64,000 nucleotides of DNA from an uncultured Acidobacteriaceae bacterium (GTDB taxonomy: Bacteria; Acidobacteriota; Terriglobia; Terriglobales; Acidobacteriaceae). Numbering within the stretch: the stretch's first letter is position 1; each line of letters begins with the position of its first letter. A program made the position numbers and the translations under genes. The DNA is taken from the NCBI GenBank assembly GCA_963789245.1, contig CAWBKE010000014.1, forward strand, positions 69,381-133,380. The letters are read 5' to 3'. Shown one piece after another: positions 24,155 to 33,345 of the stretch. A model generated the notes under the pieces. The model was not told where the DNA came from and made no database searches. It saw only the letters and a program-made list of their open reading frames with translations.

Positions 24155-24542
24155 GCAACTGCAACACCAGCTTGACGCCACCTTCGCCGCCCTCGCCGAT
24201 CCTACACGGCGGGCCATTCTTGCCCGGCTGGCCACGGGCGAGGCTTCGGTTAACGAGCTGGCCGAACCCTTTGACATGAGCCAACCTGCGATTTCCAAGC
24301 ACTTGCGGGTGCTAGAGCGCGCGGGACTAATTTCGCGCAGCCGCGACGCGCAGCGGCGGCCCTGCCGCATCGAAGCGCGTCCGCTGGAGGAAGCCAACCA
24401 ATGGCTGGAGCGCTATCGCCAATTCTGGGAAGCCAACTTCCAGCGGCTGGACGCGCTGCTGGAAGAGATGAAGGCACAAAAGGAAGGGGACAACCGGCAA
24501 CATCTCAAGCAACGTCAGCAACGAAACAGCAGGAGAAAATAG
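24153..24542 (+). CDS. ArsR/SmtB-family transcriptional regulator
   Basis: FAALADPTRRAILARLATGEASVNELAEPFDMSQPAISKHLRVLERAGLI is the canonical ArsR HTH. Confidence 0.9.
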   Translation: MQLQHQLDATFAALADPTRRAILARLATGEASVNELAEPFDMSQPAISKHLRVLERAGLISRSRDAQRRPCRIEARPLEEANQWLERYRQFWEANFQRLDALLEEMKAQKEGDNRQHLKQRQQRNSRRK

Positions 24543-24544
24543 CG

Positions 24545-25057
24545 ATGACAGACATTGACAAGATGACAATTGACACGCCCAGCGACCGGGAGATCGTGAT
24601 GACGCGGGTCTTTGACGCACCCCGGCAAATGCTTTTTGACGCCTTCACCAAACCGGAGCTGGTTCCGCGCTGGCTGACTGGGCGGGCGGACCACAGCATG
24701 CCGATCTGCGAGATCGATCTACAGGTGGGCGGCGCGTACCGTTATGTGTGGCGCGGTCCGGACGGACATGAGATGAGCAGTAAGGGCATCTTTCGCGAAG
24801 TTGTGCCGCCGGAAAGGGTGGTCGCCACGGAACGGTTCGAACCGTCCTGGTACGAGGGCGAACTGGTCAACACGACAACCTTCGTGGAAGTGGGCGGCAA
24901 GACCACGGTGACCCTCCGGATGCACTGCGGTTCGAAGGAAATTCGTGACGGCATTCTGAAGAGCGGGATGGAGCGGGGCGTGGCCTTCAGCTTCGACCAA
25001 CTGGAAGAGATGCTAGCCTCGTTACCGGAATTCAAAGTCTCTCAGCTCCGAGCCTGA
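24545..25057 (+). CDS. SRPBCC-superfamily protein (AHSA1/Aha1-like)
   Basis: REIVMTRVFDAPRQMLFDAFTKPELVPRWL and the GGAYRYVW block. It shows the usual pairing with an upstream ArsR gene. The ATG is an internal Met of listed ORF 24401-25057. Confidence 0.8.
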   Translation: MTDIDKMTIDTPSDREIVMTRVFDAPRQMLFDAFTKPELVPRWLTGRADHSMPICEIDLQVGGAYRYVWRGPDGHEMSSKGIFREVVPPERVVATERFEPSWYEGELVNTTTFVEVGGKTTVTLRMHCGSKEIRDGILKSGMERGVAFSFDQLEEMLASLPEFKVSQLRA

Positions 25058-25169
25058 AGAACGGTTTGAGCGGAAATGTCGATAGAAGCGAAACGGCCAG
25101 GAATCTTTGCTTAGATCCCTGGCCGACTAGCCGAAAAAGATTCGTTGTTACCGATCCTGGCGGTTGACG

Positions 25170-26690
25170 CTACTGCGTTAACCGCAAAAGGACTCTGGCC
25201 GCAATCGTTTCGAATACCTGGGTCAGGTCAGCCGTGCATTGCGTCGAGGGACAGTCCTCCACATAAAAAAACTGTCCTTGCGGCTGACTCTGATTGTAAG
25301 TGTAATAGGTTGACCACTCAGAAGAAGGATCGTTTGCAAGTTGCGCCAGGAAAGCCTGCGTGCTCGTGCTTACGCCAGTGCCCAACCCGATGGTGTAGAT
25401 ATAGGTGGGGACAGGGGTCTCGGCACGCATCGTATTGGCCGTTTGAAGGGCACGGTACTGGGCCTCTTCGGTCACATTGGCGCGGGTAAATGACGCGGAG
25501 CTCCCGAGCGCCGGGTCCTGAGGGGTAAACGTGGTTACGGGATTCCCACTAGCGTTTGTGCAGGGGGCGGCGGCGGTGTTATAGGGGAAGCCAGTGGCGT
25601 TGCCGTTGTTGAGCTTATTGCCGTTGGCGTTATAGCAGAGATTTTTGCCACTCGAGCCGTCGCAATAGCCCCAGTCAGGCACATGGCCAGTCTCACCTGA
25701 GTTCAGGCAGCCGGTGAAGGCTAGGTTCGGGCTGCAGGTAGGATCGAAGAAGGTGACATCTGTGCCCGAGTCGGCCCCGCCGTAGTTGATGAGCGTCAAA
25801 GTACTGCTGGTCGTACCTCCGCAATGAAAGTTGTCCTGCACGGTGTTCATCAAACCGTCAGTCATATACACCATGACCTTAAATACGTTCTGCCCCGGAT
25901 TAATGGGAACGCTGGTGTTCTGTGCATCGGCGACCGTCATGGGCGGCCCGATACTGGGCTGCCCGTTTACCGGACTTAGGGTTGACCCCGGGGATGCGCC
26001 TGTTCCGAAGGTGCCGCCGACGAACTTCATCGCCCCGACCGCTGATGTGATCGGGCCTTGGAATCCGGTACCGATCGAAACATCTACGATCGTATTGTCA
26101 GAGAAGCTAATCTCCGCCACTTCGTCGAGCGAGTTATCGAACATATCGACAAAGGTCGGAACGGCAGATACTAGTGCTTCCCCACCGTCGTCCCCAGTCA
26201 CTCCTGTTTCGCAGGATTCAGTCCCACCGCACATTGAGCCCGACCGGTCCAGCACGATGGACATGATCAACTTGCCGCGGGTTGCCACAGCGGTGTCGCT
26301 GACGGGGACGGTCCTCCAATTCGAGAGATACCGCATGAAGAAGGTGTTCACGTTAACTAAGGCCGATACCTGGACCTGCTGGTCGCCATAGGCATCGGTT
26401 GGGAAGGTGATGCTGGGGGTCGGCGCACCGCTGCCGTAATTGGCCGTAAACATATCGGCGGCCAAGGTCGAAGCGGTCGCCTGCGCTGCCGCAGTGTTGC
26501 TTCCCAGGTTCTTCATGCCGGTGAGGGTAGCGCCATCCACGGCCGTCCCGAGCTTGGCTTTTACGACATAAAGAATTCCCGCGTCGATGGCGAACCCTGC
26601 GAACAGTATCAGGATGGGCACAACCAGAGCGTAAATGAGTATGGTTTGCCCTCGCTCGTTCTTCACAATACTGGCCTTGCGCATATTCAT
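25170..26690 (-). CDS. tadG: TadG-like Flp-pilus pseudopilin with vWA-like domain
   Basis: N-terminal ERGQTILIYALVVPILILFAGFAIDAG is the TadE/G-like Tad_N motif. IVLDRSGSM is a vWA MIDAS-type DxSxS. The ATG lies 8 nt after the upstream tadE stop. Confidence 0.75.
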   Translation of the reverse strand: MNMRKASIVKNERGQTILIYALVVPILILFAGFAIDAGILYVVKAKLGTAVDGATLTGMKNLGSNTAAAQATASTLAADMFTANYGSGAPTPSITFPTDAYGDQQVQVSALVNVNTFFMRYLSNWRTVPVSDTAVATRGKLIMSIVLDRSGSMCGGTESCETGVTGDDGGEALVSAVPTFVDMFDNSLDEVAEISFSDNTIVDVSIGTGFQGPITSAVGAMKFVGGTFGTGASPGSTLSPVNGQPSIGPPMTVADAQNTSVPINPGQNVFKVMVYMTDGLMNTVQDNFHCGGTTSSTLTLINYGGADSGTDVTFFDPTCSPNLAFTGCLNSGETGHVPDWGYCDGSSGKNLCYNANGNKLNNGNATGFPYNTAAAPCTNASGNPVTTFTPQDPALGSSASFTRANVTEEAQYRALQTANTMRAETPVPTYIYTIGLGTGVSTSTQAFLAQLANDPSSEWSTYYTYNQSQPQGQFFYVEDCPSTQCTADLTQVFETIAARVLLRLTQ

Positions 26691-26697
26691 ACCCTCG

Positions 26698-27252
26698 TTA
26701 GTAATACGCCACGGCGTAAAACTGAGATGGCAGTACATTACTTCCCAAAAAGCGCGGTAGCGGCGTGATGGTGCTGTAATTGTAGTAGATCTCAGTGACG
26801 GCAATGCTCGATCCCGTGACTTCCGAGTCCAGCGCGTTAACTGCCGCTTGGGGGAGGGTAGCGTTGTCGGTTGAGCAGCCTGACGTTCCTGAGACGCAGC
26901 CTATTTTCGTTTTGCACGAGTTCCCAGAGATCCCACCCGCGGAAGCCTGCTGCGTTACCTGAAGCGAATTCGAGCCCATGTTTTCAACGATTGTGACTAT
27001 GACGCATCCGTTGGCGCTCATGTTCATGTCCCTGCCGGCGTCCGCGTCGATGGTGGCCACAGTGGTCGAGACAGAGGTTCCGCGGGAAGCCATGCTGGAA
27101 CCCTCGCCGACGAGGTTCTTCATCACCTGAATGTCGTAGATGGCTCGGCCGAAGTCAATGATCCCTAAGACGAAGACACATAGCATAATCAGCCCGAACG
27201 ATACTTCTATCAGGGCCTGGCCCGACTGGTCTGTATTCATCCTTGTCTTCAT
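26698..27252 (-). CDS. TadE/TadF-like pseudopilin
   Basis: QSGQALIEVSFGLIMLCVFVLGIIDFGR is the TadE-like N-terminal motif. Confidence 0.75.
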   Translation of the reverse strand: MKTRMNTDQSGQALIEVSFGLIMLCVFVLGIIDFGRAIYDIQVMKNLVGEGSSMASRGTSVSTTVATIDADAGRDMNMSANGCVIVTIVENMGSNSLQVTQQASAGGISGNSCKTKIGCVSGTSGCSTDNATLPQAAVNALDSEVTGSSIAVTEIYYNYSTITPLPRFLGSNVLPSQFYAVAYY

Positions 27253-27260
27253 ACGCCCCC

Positions 27261-27731
27261 CTAACTTGTGGCCGGCGGAAACATTTCATTCGTAACCGAC
27301 GATGCTACGGTTATGGTGTACCCGTTGGGAAAGAGTCTGCTGATTGGTCCGGTCACAAATCGATATTGGTAGGTCACGGTAATCACGACTAAATCATTCG
27401 GCCCACCAGAACCGCCGACGGGACACCCTCCGCCCCCATTCGTACACGCAATGGTGACGTCGCCAATATTACTGCTGTTGATCAGGCCGTCCGAGGCGCC
27501 TTCGAGGGTCGCGATGACCGAGTTGTACCTATCCTCTGCAGTGCAATCGCTACCCTCCGTGCATTGCCCCGTGATGGCGTAGCGTCCCGCTTGCCGGACT
27601 GCATTTTGCAACGTCACCTTGGTAGAGTACATATCTCCAAACTCGATGGTTCCCCATACCAGTAGAAGAAAAATTCCAATTGAAAACGCAATCTCTAAGA
27701 GCGCTTGACCGGAATCATTTGTTTTCCTCAT
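27261..27731 (-). CDS. TadE/TadF-like pseudopilin
   Basis: DSGQALLEIAFSIGIFLLLVWGTIEFG. A strong SD (aggagg) precedes ATG 27729-27731. The longer listed ORF (to 27899) lacks support. Confidence 0.75.
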   Translation of the reverse strand: MRKTNDSGQALLEIAFSIGIFLLLVWGTIEFGDMYSTKVTLQNAVRQAGRYAITGQCTEGSDCTAEDRYNSVIATLEGASDGLINSSNIGDVTIACTNGGGGCPVGGSGGPNDLVVITVTYQYRFVTGPISRLFPNGYTITVASSVTNEMFPPATS

Positions 27732-28529
27732 TTGGCTAGGACCTCCTTTTGTCGGGCTGACGCCTCTTACCTTTACTGCTACTGCCTTAACTGCAACGTG
27801 GCAAAGACTCACACCCGCGACACCGCGTACTGTTCTAACTGCATCGGTCTGCACCATGGGCCAGGAAACCGCACGGCCGCTCTGGCCATGGAAGCACACA
27901 AACCCGAAGTATCAGGCCGAAAATCGCTCCGAAGCATATAACGCTTGCAAGGAGCTGGAATAATTCAGGGACCCAAAGCAGCCGCAGAAACGGCTCCCCT
28001 TAGTGCCTCCTACTGATTAGGCGGGTGATTCAGGAGCGCGGCGGCCAGAAGTATTATGACTATCCCTGTGTCCTCTCCATCATCTTAACGCCGGGACCGA
28101 AAGCCAATCAACCGGGCATTATGCTGTTCTGAAAAGGAATCAGGATTCGGACGTATTCTATGTCGTCAACCCCAATGGATGCAACTGTTTTCTACCATGG
28201 GAGACAATTATTTGTTTTTGCGCACTCAAGTGGAACGTTGACCCGGCACCTCCGTTCGCTCCGGCGTCCGCCTTACACCTCTGGGCCGGGCAAAACGCCG
28301 ACACAACTTAGGCACTATAACTGCATTCGCAGGAAGTCTGACATGATCGGGAAGCGTTTGTCGAACGAAAGTCACATCAACAATAGTTACTGAGAACCAG
28401 GGGCCAGGACTTCTTGCCGGAAGTCGTGCTTATCTGGTACATTTCTGTCAATCACCCGCATCGCATATCTTCAACTCTTCCGGAGTAGGAGTAGAAGACT
28501 GAGTGCGGGAGAAAAACGAGGAGACTTCG

Positions 28530-28766
28530 ATGATCAACATGTTGAAAAATTTGCACCAGGATGAGTCTGGCCAGGACCTGATCGAGTACGGGCTGATCGC
28601 ATTGTTAGTTGCGTTAGGCGCGATCGTTGGCATGGGCAGCCTGGCCAGTTCGATCAACCAGGTGTTCACGCAGGTGGCCGCACAGACTGACCTAACCGCG
28701 CTTTTGCCGGTTCGAAGCGTTCTGCGGAGCCGAGCACAGAATGGTCGGCGCTCTCGTGCACGCTGA
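28530..28766 (+). CDS. flp: Flp-family type IVb pilin (atypical Arg-rich C-terminal tail; possible frame error at 28686)
   Basis: DESGQDLIEYGLIALLVALGAIVG is the Flp G/xxxxEY motif. SD aggag lies 6 nt upstream of ATG 28530. Confidence 0.8.
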   Translation: MINMLKNLHQDESGQDLIEYGLIALLVALGAIVGMGSLASSINQVFTQVAAQTDLTALLPVRSVLRSRAQNGRRSRAR

Positions 28767-29093
28767 GGGCTGAAGAAAGCTGCTTGTCCCCGGAAGGAAT
28801 CTGGGCCGGTTGACATGTCCCAGGTGTGGCTCCTGAAGGGGCTCAATTTCCATGCTGTAAGTTTACCCAGCACTTAACCATCCCAAGTGGCGCCAAGGCG
28901 GCGCCGCTTGGTGATCCCGGTTAAGCGGTGGGCTTGTCGTGTTCCCGTTTCCCGCAACACGGGACTCAATTGCTCGCTCTCCACACTTAACCGCCGAAGC
29001 AGTGTTTGCTGTTGCAACCGGCAAGACTTCTCGCCGGAAGGAAACCGCTTGCAAGTCGGAGCAAGCAGTTCCCGAAGCCGCGCTTGGTCGCCC

Positions 29094-29726
29094 ATGACGA
29101 CGTCCTACAACCAGATCGCCGGGCGAAGCGTAGAGCGGCTGGCGGCTCTAAGCGATGGCATCTTCGCGGTGGCCATGACGTTGCTGGTCCTGGATTTGCG
29201 TGCGCCTGCGGCTGAGGCGGTGCACAGCGAGCGTGATCTTTGGCACGCCCTGATTCTGCTGTCACCACGGCTCGTCATGTACATGATGAGCTTTATGACC
29301 CTGGGGATCTTCTGGGTCGGTCAGCAGACCCAACTGAATCATCTGGCGCGCTCCGACCGCAGCCTGTCGTGGATACACTTGGCCTTCCTGTTCGTAGTAT
29401 CCATCACGCCCTTCTCGACGGCGCTGCTGGCGGAGTTTGTCAGGTACCGTCCCGCGCTCCTGGTCTATTGGCTGAACATTGCGTTGTTAGGAACTACTCT
29501 GTACTTCAGTTGGGTGTGTGCAGTGGGCGCCGGACTGGTGAAACCGGATTTGCCGGCGGAGATCCAGGTTGCCATCAAGCGCCGCATCGTGATTGGGCAG
29601 TCGCTCTACGCCTTCGGGGCGCTATTGTGCATCTTCCTGAATACTTATTGGAGTATCGGGTTCATCGTTCTGGTGCAGCTCTACTATGCGATAGCGCCTC
29701 GCATTCCGGGAGGCCGGCGGACGTGA
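29094..29726 (+). CDS. TMEM175-family (DUF1211) potassium channel
   Basis: RLAALSDGIFAVAMTLLVLDL signature, six TM segments. The ATG is an internal Met of listed ORF 28887-29726. Confidence 0.8.
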   Translation: MTTSYNQIAGRSVERLAALSDGIFAVAMTLLVLDLRAPAAEAVHSERDLWHALILLSPRLVMYMMSFMTLGIFWVGQQTQLNHLARSDRSLSWIHLAFLFVVSITPFSTALLAEFVRYRPALLVYWLNIALLGTTLYFSWVCAVGAGLVKPDLPAEIQVAIKRRIVIGQSLYAFGALLCIFLNTYWSIGFIVLVQLYYAIAPRIPGGRRT

Positions 29727-29767
29727 TACAACGGTACCCGTAGCCTCGGCGCTGTGAAAATCGGGTT

Positions 29768-30175
29768 ATGGTTGCTAACAACGACTACAAGTCCGTGGAC
29801 GAGTACATCTCTGCGCAGCCTGAGGAACTCCGGGATGCATTGAAGCGAGTGCGAAGCACCATACGCAAGGCGGTGCCTGAAGCCGAGGAAGCGATCTCGT
29901 ATAAGATGCCCACGTACAAACTGCGGGGCAGCCGCTTGCTCTGCTTCGCCGGATGGAAGCAGCACTATGCACTCTACGGCACCACCGATAGCGTCGTCGC
30001 CGCGTTCAAGGACGAACTTGCACCATGCGAGGTCGACAAGGGTACGATTCGCTTCCCGCTGTCCGCTCCAGTCCCCGTGAAGCTGATCGAGCGGATCGCT
30101 AGGTTTCGCGCAAAGGAAGTCGTCGAGCGCGCGGAGGCGAAGGCAACCGCACGTAAGAAGAGCCTGACTTCATAA
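29768..30175 (+). CDS. DUF1801 (YdhG-like) domain protein
   Basis: SVDEYISAQPEELRDALKRVRSTIRKAVPEAEEAISYKMPTYKL matches the DUF1801 pattern. Confidence 0.75.
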   Translation: MVANNDYKSVDEYISAQPEELRDALKRVRSTIRKAVPEAEEAISYKMPTYKLRGSRLLCFAGWKQHYALYGTTDSVVAAFKDELAPCEVDKGTIRFPLSAPVPVKLIERIARFRAKEVVERAEAKATARKKSLTS

Positions 30176-30181
30176 CACCCG

Positions 30182-30658
30182 ATGACTAGACCCACGCACT
30201 GCCGGATATCAAGCATCCACCTGATTGGAGTTTTGCTGCTCCTCTGCACGGCATTGCCGATGGGCGCGCAAACTACTCCGGATTCACAAGCCTGCAACGG
30301 TAGTACAGTCGATCTGCAGGGAGCAGACTTCGCGCAGAAGTCCCGCACTTTCCTGTCTGAGTTGCAGAACGCTGCCAAGGCAGACGACAAAGCCAAAGTC
30401 GCGGCGATGATTTCTTATCCCTTGCTAATGATTCACGGCAGCCGTAAAACGCATATCAAGACCAAAGCGGAGTTTCTCGGCCAATACGAAGCGATTTTTG
30501 ACGCTCACGTTCGCCAGGCGATCGCGCAGCAATCGGTCAAGTGCCTGTTCGGCAACTACCAGGGGGCGATGATCGGTGATGGCGAGGTCTGGTTCCGCGA
30601 GCAGCCGAACGGAACCATGAAAATCGTCACCATAAATTCGACCGCGGGCAGCCAATAG
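30182..30658 (+). CDS. Hypothetical secreted protein
   Basis: Signal peptide (LIGVLLLLCTALPMGAQ). No family recognised. Confidence 0.6.
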   Translation: MTRPTHCRISSIHLIGVLLLLCTALPMGAQTTPDSQACNGSTVDLQGADFAQKSRTFLSELQNAAKADDKAKVAAMISYPLLMIHGSRKTHIKTKAEFLGQYEAIFDAHVRQAIAQQSVKCLFGNYQGAMIGDGEVWFREQPNGTMKIVTINSTAGSQ

Positions 30659-30772
30659 GGCGGCAAGAGGCACAATTCTTAACGCAAAGTCATTGACGAG
30701 CTCCTACGAGTCGAGGAAGAATTGTACCCGGATCCAAGGTCCAAGCTTAAGCATTGCAGGAAGGAGCCCAGA

Positions 30773-31408
30773 ATGAATCGGCTAGCCATGGTTCTAACGT
30801 TTTCATTGCTCGCAATTGCAGTGTGCGTTGGGCAAAGCGCGGCGGCGACGCAGCCCGACGGCGGCGCCAGCGGCAAAAGTTTGCGTGGCGCAATTTCTGT
30901 GAGCCTGGCGAAATCCATCGACTCGAAAAAGCTGAAGGAAGGTGACGAAATCCCAACAAAAACCCTGGGTACGCTTCGCACCAGCGACGGAGTTACGATC
31001 CCGAGCGGGTCGATGGTGGTCGGGCACGTGACGCAGGCGACGGCGCGTTCCAAAGGTGACCCTACGGCATCTCTGGGAATTGCCTTTGACAAAATCCAGG
31101 TGCCCGGCGGCAAAGACATGATGATCAAAGGGACGCTGCAAGCGGTCAGCTCTAACCCGAACGGGAACTCTGGGCCGCAAACAGGTGCGGCTGGTGGCAA
31201 TAATCTGAACCCAGGCAATGGGTCAACCTCAGCAGGCCCCAATCTTGGGATGCAACCAGGGCAGGCAGGTGGAGGCAAGATGATTGATCCCCACGCAACC
31301 GGCGTGATCGGAATCAAGAACCTGCAGCTCGACAACTCCGTGCTGACGACGACGGGAAAAGAAGTGAAGCTGGATTCGGGGTCGCAGATGGTGATTAAGA
31401 TCGAGTAG
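30773..31408 (+). CDS. Hypothetical secreted protein with Gly/Asn/Pro-rich linker
   Basis: Signal peptide MNRLAMVLTFSLLAIAVCVGQSAAA. SD aggaagga lies upstream of ATG 30773. Confidence 0.6.
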   Translation: MNRLAMVLTFSLLAIAVCVGQSAAATQPDGGASGKSLRGAISVSLAKSIDSKKLKEGDEIPTKTLGTLRTSDGVTIPSGSMVVGHVTQATARSKGDPTASLGIAFDKIQVPGGKDMMIKGTLQAVSSNPNGNSGPQTGAAGGNNLNPGNGSTSAGPNLGMQPGQAGGGKMIDPHATGVIGIKNLQLDNSVLTTTGKEVKLDSGSQMVIKIE

Positions 31409-31512
31409 TTGCGGCGCAGGGCAACTCCGATGAAAAACGGCGGAGCAACTCACTGGCTTAAAGCCTCAGTATTTGCGGCATTGACCGGACTCTAGGAGTC
31501 CTCTTCCCAGAC

Positions 31513-32061
31513 TCATGACCGTTTTTGGTGCTTCTGCAGCATCTGCGCGTTGAACTGCTCGCTCTGCCCCTTGGGAACGCTTAGGGATTTCCATCCCGCG
31601 CCCTTCCAGTGTTTCGCGAGAAAGGTGATTTGTCCGGTGTGGTAGGCGCAGTGCGAGACGGCGCGGTTGAGCGCTTGCAATACTGAGTGCTCCTGCCCGC
31701 GAATGGTGACGGTGCGCTCCAGGTCGTCGGGTTGAAGCGAGTTGATGGTGTCGAAGAAAAGCTGCCAGTTCTGCTCCCACCAGCCCAGCAACTCGTCGCG
31801 CGTGGTCTCCGGCGTCATCAGGAATTCCTGGTCGCGATTGCGGTCGGCCTTTTCGCCGTCGGTAGTGAGGAAGTTGGTGAAACGCGAGCGCAGGTTACCC
31901 GCCATGTGCTTCACGATGATGGCGACGCTGTTAGATTCCAGATCGGGCTGCGCGAAGAATTGCTCATCGCTGAGCTGAGCGATGGAGTCATCGGCCAGGC
32001 GCTTGTGCCCGCGCAGGCCGCGGAAGATTTCGTCGAGATAATCAGCGCCGAGATCGGACAT
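31513..32061 (-). CDS. DinB-superfamily protein (DUF1572-like)
   Basis: IVKHMAGNL, LNRAVSHCAYHTGQITFLAK and a four-helix DinB-type His pattern. Confidence 0.75.
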   Translation of the reverse strand: MSDLGADYLDEIFRGLRGHKRLADDSIAQLSDEQFFAQPDLESNSVAIIVKHMAGNLRSRFTNFLTTDGEKADRNRDQEFLMTPETTRDELLGWWEQNWQLFFDTINSLQPDDLERTVTIRGQEHSVLQALNRAVSHCAYHTGQITFLAKHWKGAGWKSLSVPKGQSEQFNAQMLQKHQKRS

Positions 32062-32361
32062 AGCTATTTTTCGTTTTGCTCCTAAACCACGGCGAAGTCG
32101 TCTCGCGTCCAGTCCCCATGTCCCACAACGTCAGAGTCGTGTCGACGATATGAAAGCAGCAAGCCTACCGCAATGAAACCATCGGCAATTACAACAGAAT
32201 TGATGAAAAGAACCAGTGGAGAGTTTCACTAAGTCTAGCATGATGGCCGCGTCAGGGGCTGAGGGGCGCGCAGAAGCGCCGGAAGCGCTCTGGGTCATCC
32301 AAAGCGGGCCGAGCGATCCACGGTCCCGGCAAATTGTACAAAGCATCCAGGCGGAGCAGGA

Positions 32362-32805
32362 TCAGGCGAGCAGTGCAGCGGGATGAAGCGCAGTAATTTC
32401 GCGGTAGCGCTTGAAATCGGCTGCATTGAATGTGAGGACACCTTCGACTCCATAGACTTTCATAGTAGCTACAAGGCGGGCATCATATACTTTGACGCCT
32501 TGCACTCTGTGGTCCTTTACGACTTCCTTCCAAGCGACGTAGATCGCCGGAATGTCGGGCAGCAGAGTTAGCAATGCTTCGATGCTGCCGAGTTCCTGGA
32601 GCACTTCCTCATGCGATAAGCCGAGTCCGTTGCGGTCTGCAGGACGCGTTGCCACATTCCAGAATTCGGCGATGTTTTGGGAACAGAAGAAGACCGCATC
32701 AGTTTGCCGCATCAGGCTCGAAACGGCGTGGATGGCTTGAGGGTGAAGAGCGTGGTTCGGTTGGGCGCTGCGGAGCATGATATTGGTGTCGACAAGGACA
32801 CGCAT
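32362..32805 (-). CDS. vapC: PIN-domain ribonuclease toxin VapC
   Basis: MRVLVDTNIML (first acidic residue), QNIAEFWNVATRP, and DARLVATMKVYGVEGVLTFNAADF. The ATG overlaps the antitoxin TAA. Confidence 0.85.
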   Translation of the reverse strand: MRVLVDTNIMLRSAQPNHALHPQAIHAVSSLMRQTDAVFFCSQNIAEFWNVATRPADRNGLGLSHEEVLQELGSIEALLTLLPDIPAIYVAWKEVVKDHRVQGVKVYDARLVATMKVYGVEGVLTFNAADFKRYREITALHPAALLA

Positions 32806-33060
32806 TAGTGGTCGCGGCCTTCATAGATGCCGTCACGGCTGACAGCGTAATCGGACAAGGGCGGGGTAGAGCGGTGTCCGGCAGCCCACGTTTCAAATGC
32901 TGCGGCTCGTTCCTCGAGCTGACAATGTCTCATGTGTCGCTGGAAGCACGGCATCCTTAATCACGGAAAGAAGATATTCCTCCACGGTCATCCCGCTGGC
33001 CTGCGCTTTGGCGAGTAGCCCGGCTTCAACGTCCGGCTTCAGATTCAGAGTAACTGTCAT
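32805..33060 (-). pseudogene. vapB: VapB-type antitoxin, frame broken near 32914-32920; possible sequencing error
   Basis: Frame A reads MTVTLNLKPDVEAGLLAKAQASGMTVEEYLLSVIKDAVLPATHETLSA. The +1 frame continues EERAAAFETWAAGHRSTPPLSDYAVSRDGIYEGRDH, with TAA overlapping the vapC ATG (my translation). Confidence 0.7.
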
Positions 33061-33283
33061 CGCTTGTTCTCGTCCTACAGTGTACGTCAGCTGTGCCGAG
33101 GGCACAAAATCACGAAACCGGACCCGACGCAAGAATTTTTTTACGAATTTTTCTTGACATTCCGGTTAAGTAACCGCAATATCTTGGGATAGTAAGATTG
33201 TTCATGCAACATATGGGCAATTTGTTGGGCCACTGAAGGTTTTCACAATTCAAGGGAAACGTTCCGAAAAGGAGGAATGTCCT

Positions 33284-33337
33284 ATGGCAACGAAGAAGAA
33301 GGCTACGAAGAAGGCTGCCAAAAAGAAAAAGCGGTAA
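33284..33337 (+). CDS. 17-codon Lys-rich micro-ORF (MATKKKATKKAAKKKKR)
   Basis: SD aaggagg lies 8 nt upstream of the ATG. TAA is at 33335-33337, and an intrinsic terminator follows immediately. Coding status is unproven. Confidence 0.4.
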   Translation: MATKKKATKKAAKKKKR

Positions 33338-33345
33338 CTGACGCG

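Noticed and set aside
28243-28258. Sigma-54-like promoter (GGCAC-N-TTCGC) in the tadE-flp spacer
   Set aside because: The -12 element reads TTCGC instead of TTGC(A/T), and the spacing is off by one. The match is too weak to call.
28767-29093. Possible c-di-AMP (ydaO-type) riboswitch in the approximately 330-nt leader of the TMEM175 K+ channel gene
   Set aside because: Several small hairpins are present. I could not find the conserved ydaO core blocks as I remember them (GGGGA..CC, GGGGUGAAUC, CCGA..CCCG). A covariance-model scan would be needed.
32131-32346. 71-aa minus-strand ORF between the DinB-like gene and vapC
   Set aside because: It has no SD, a Cys/Arg-rich odd composition and no family resemblance. 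The region is more likely a non-coding spacer or a decayed remnant.
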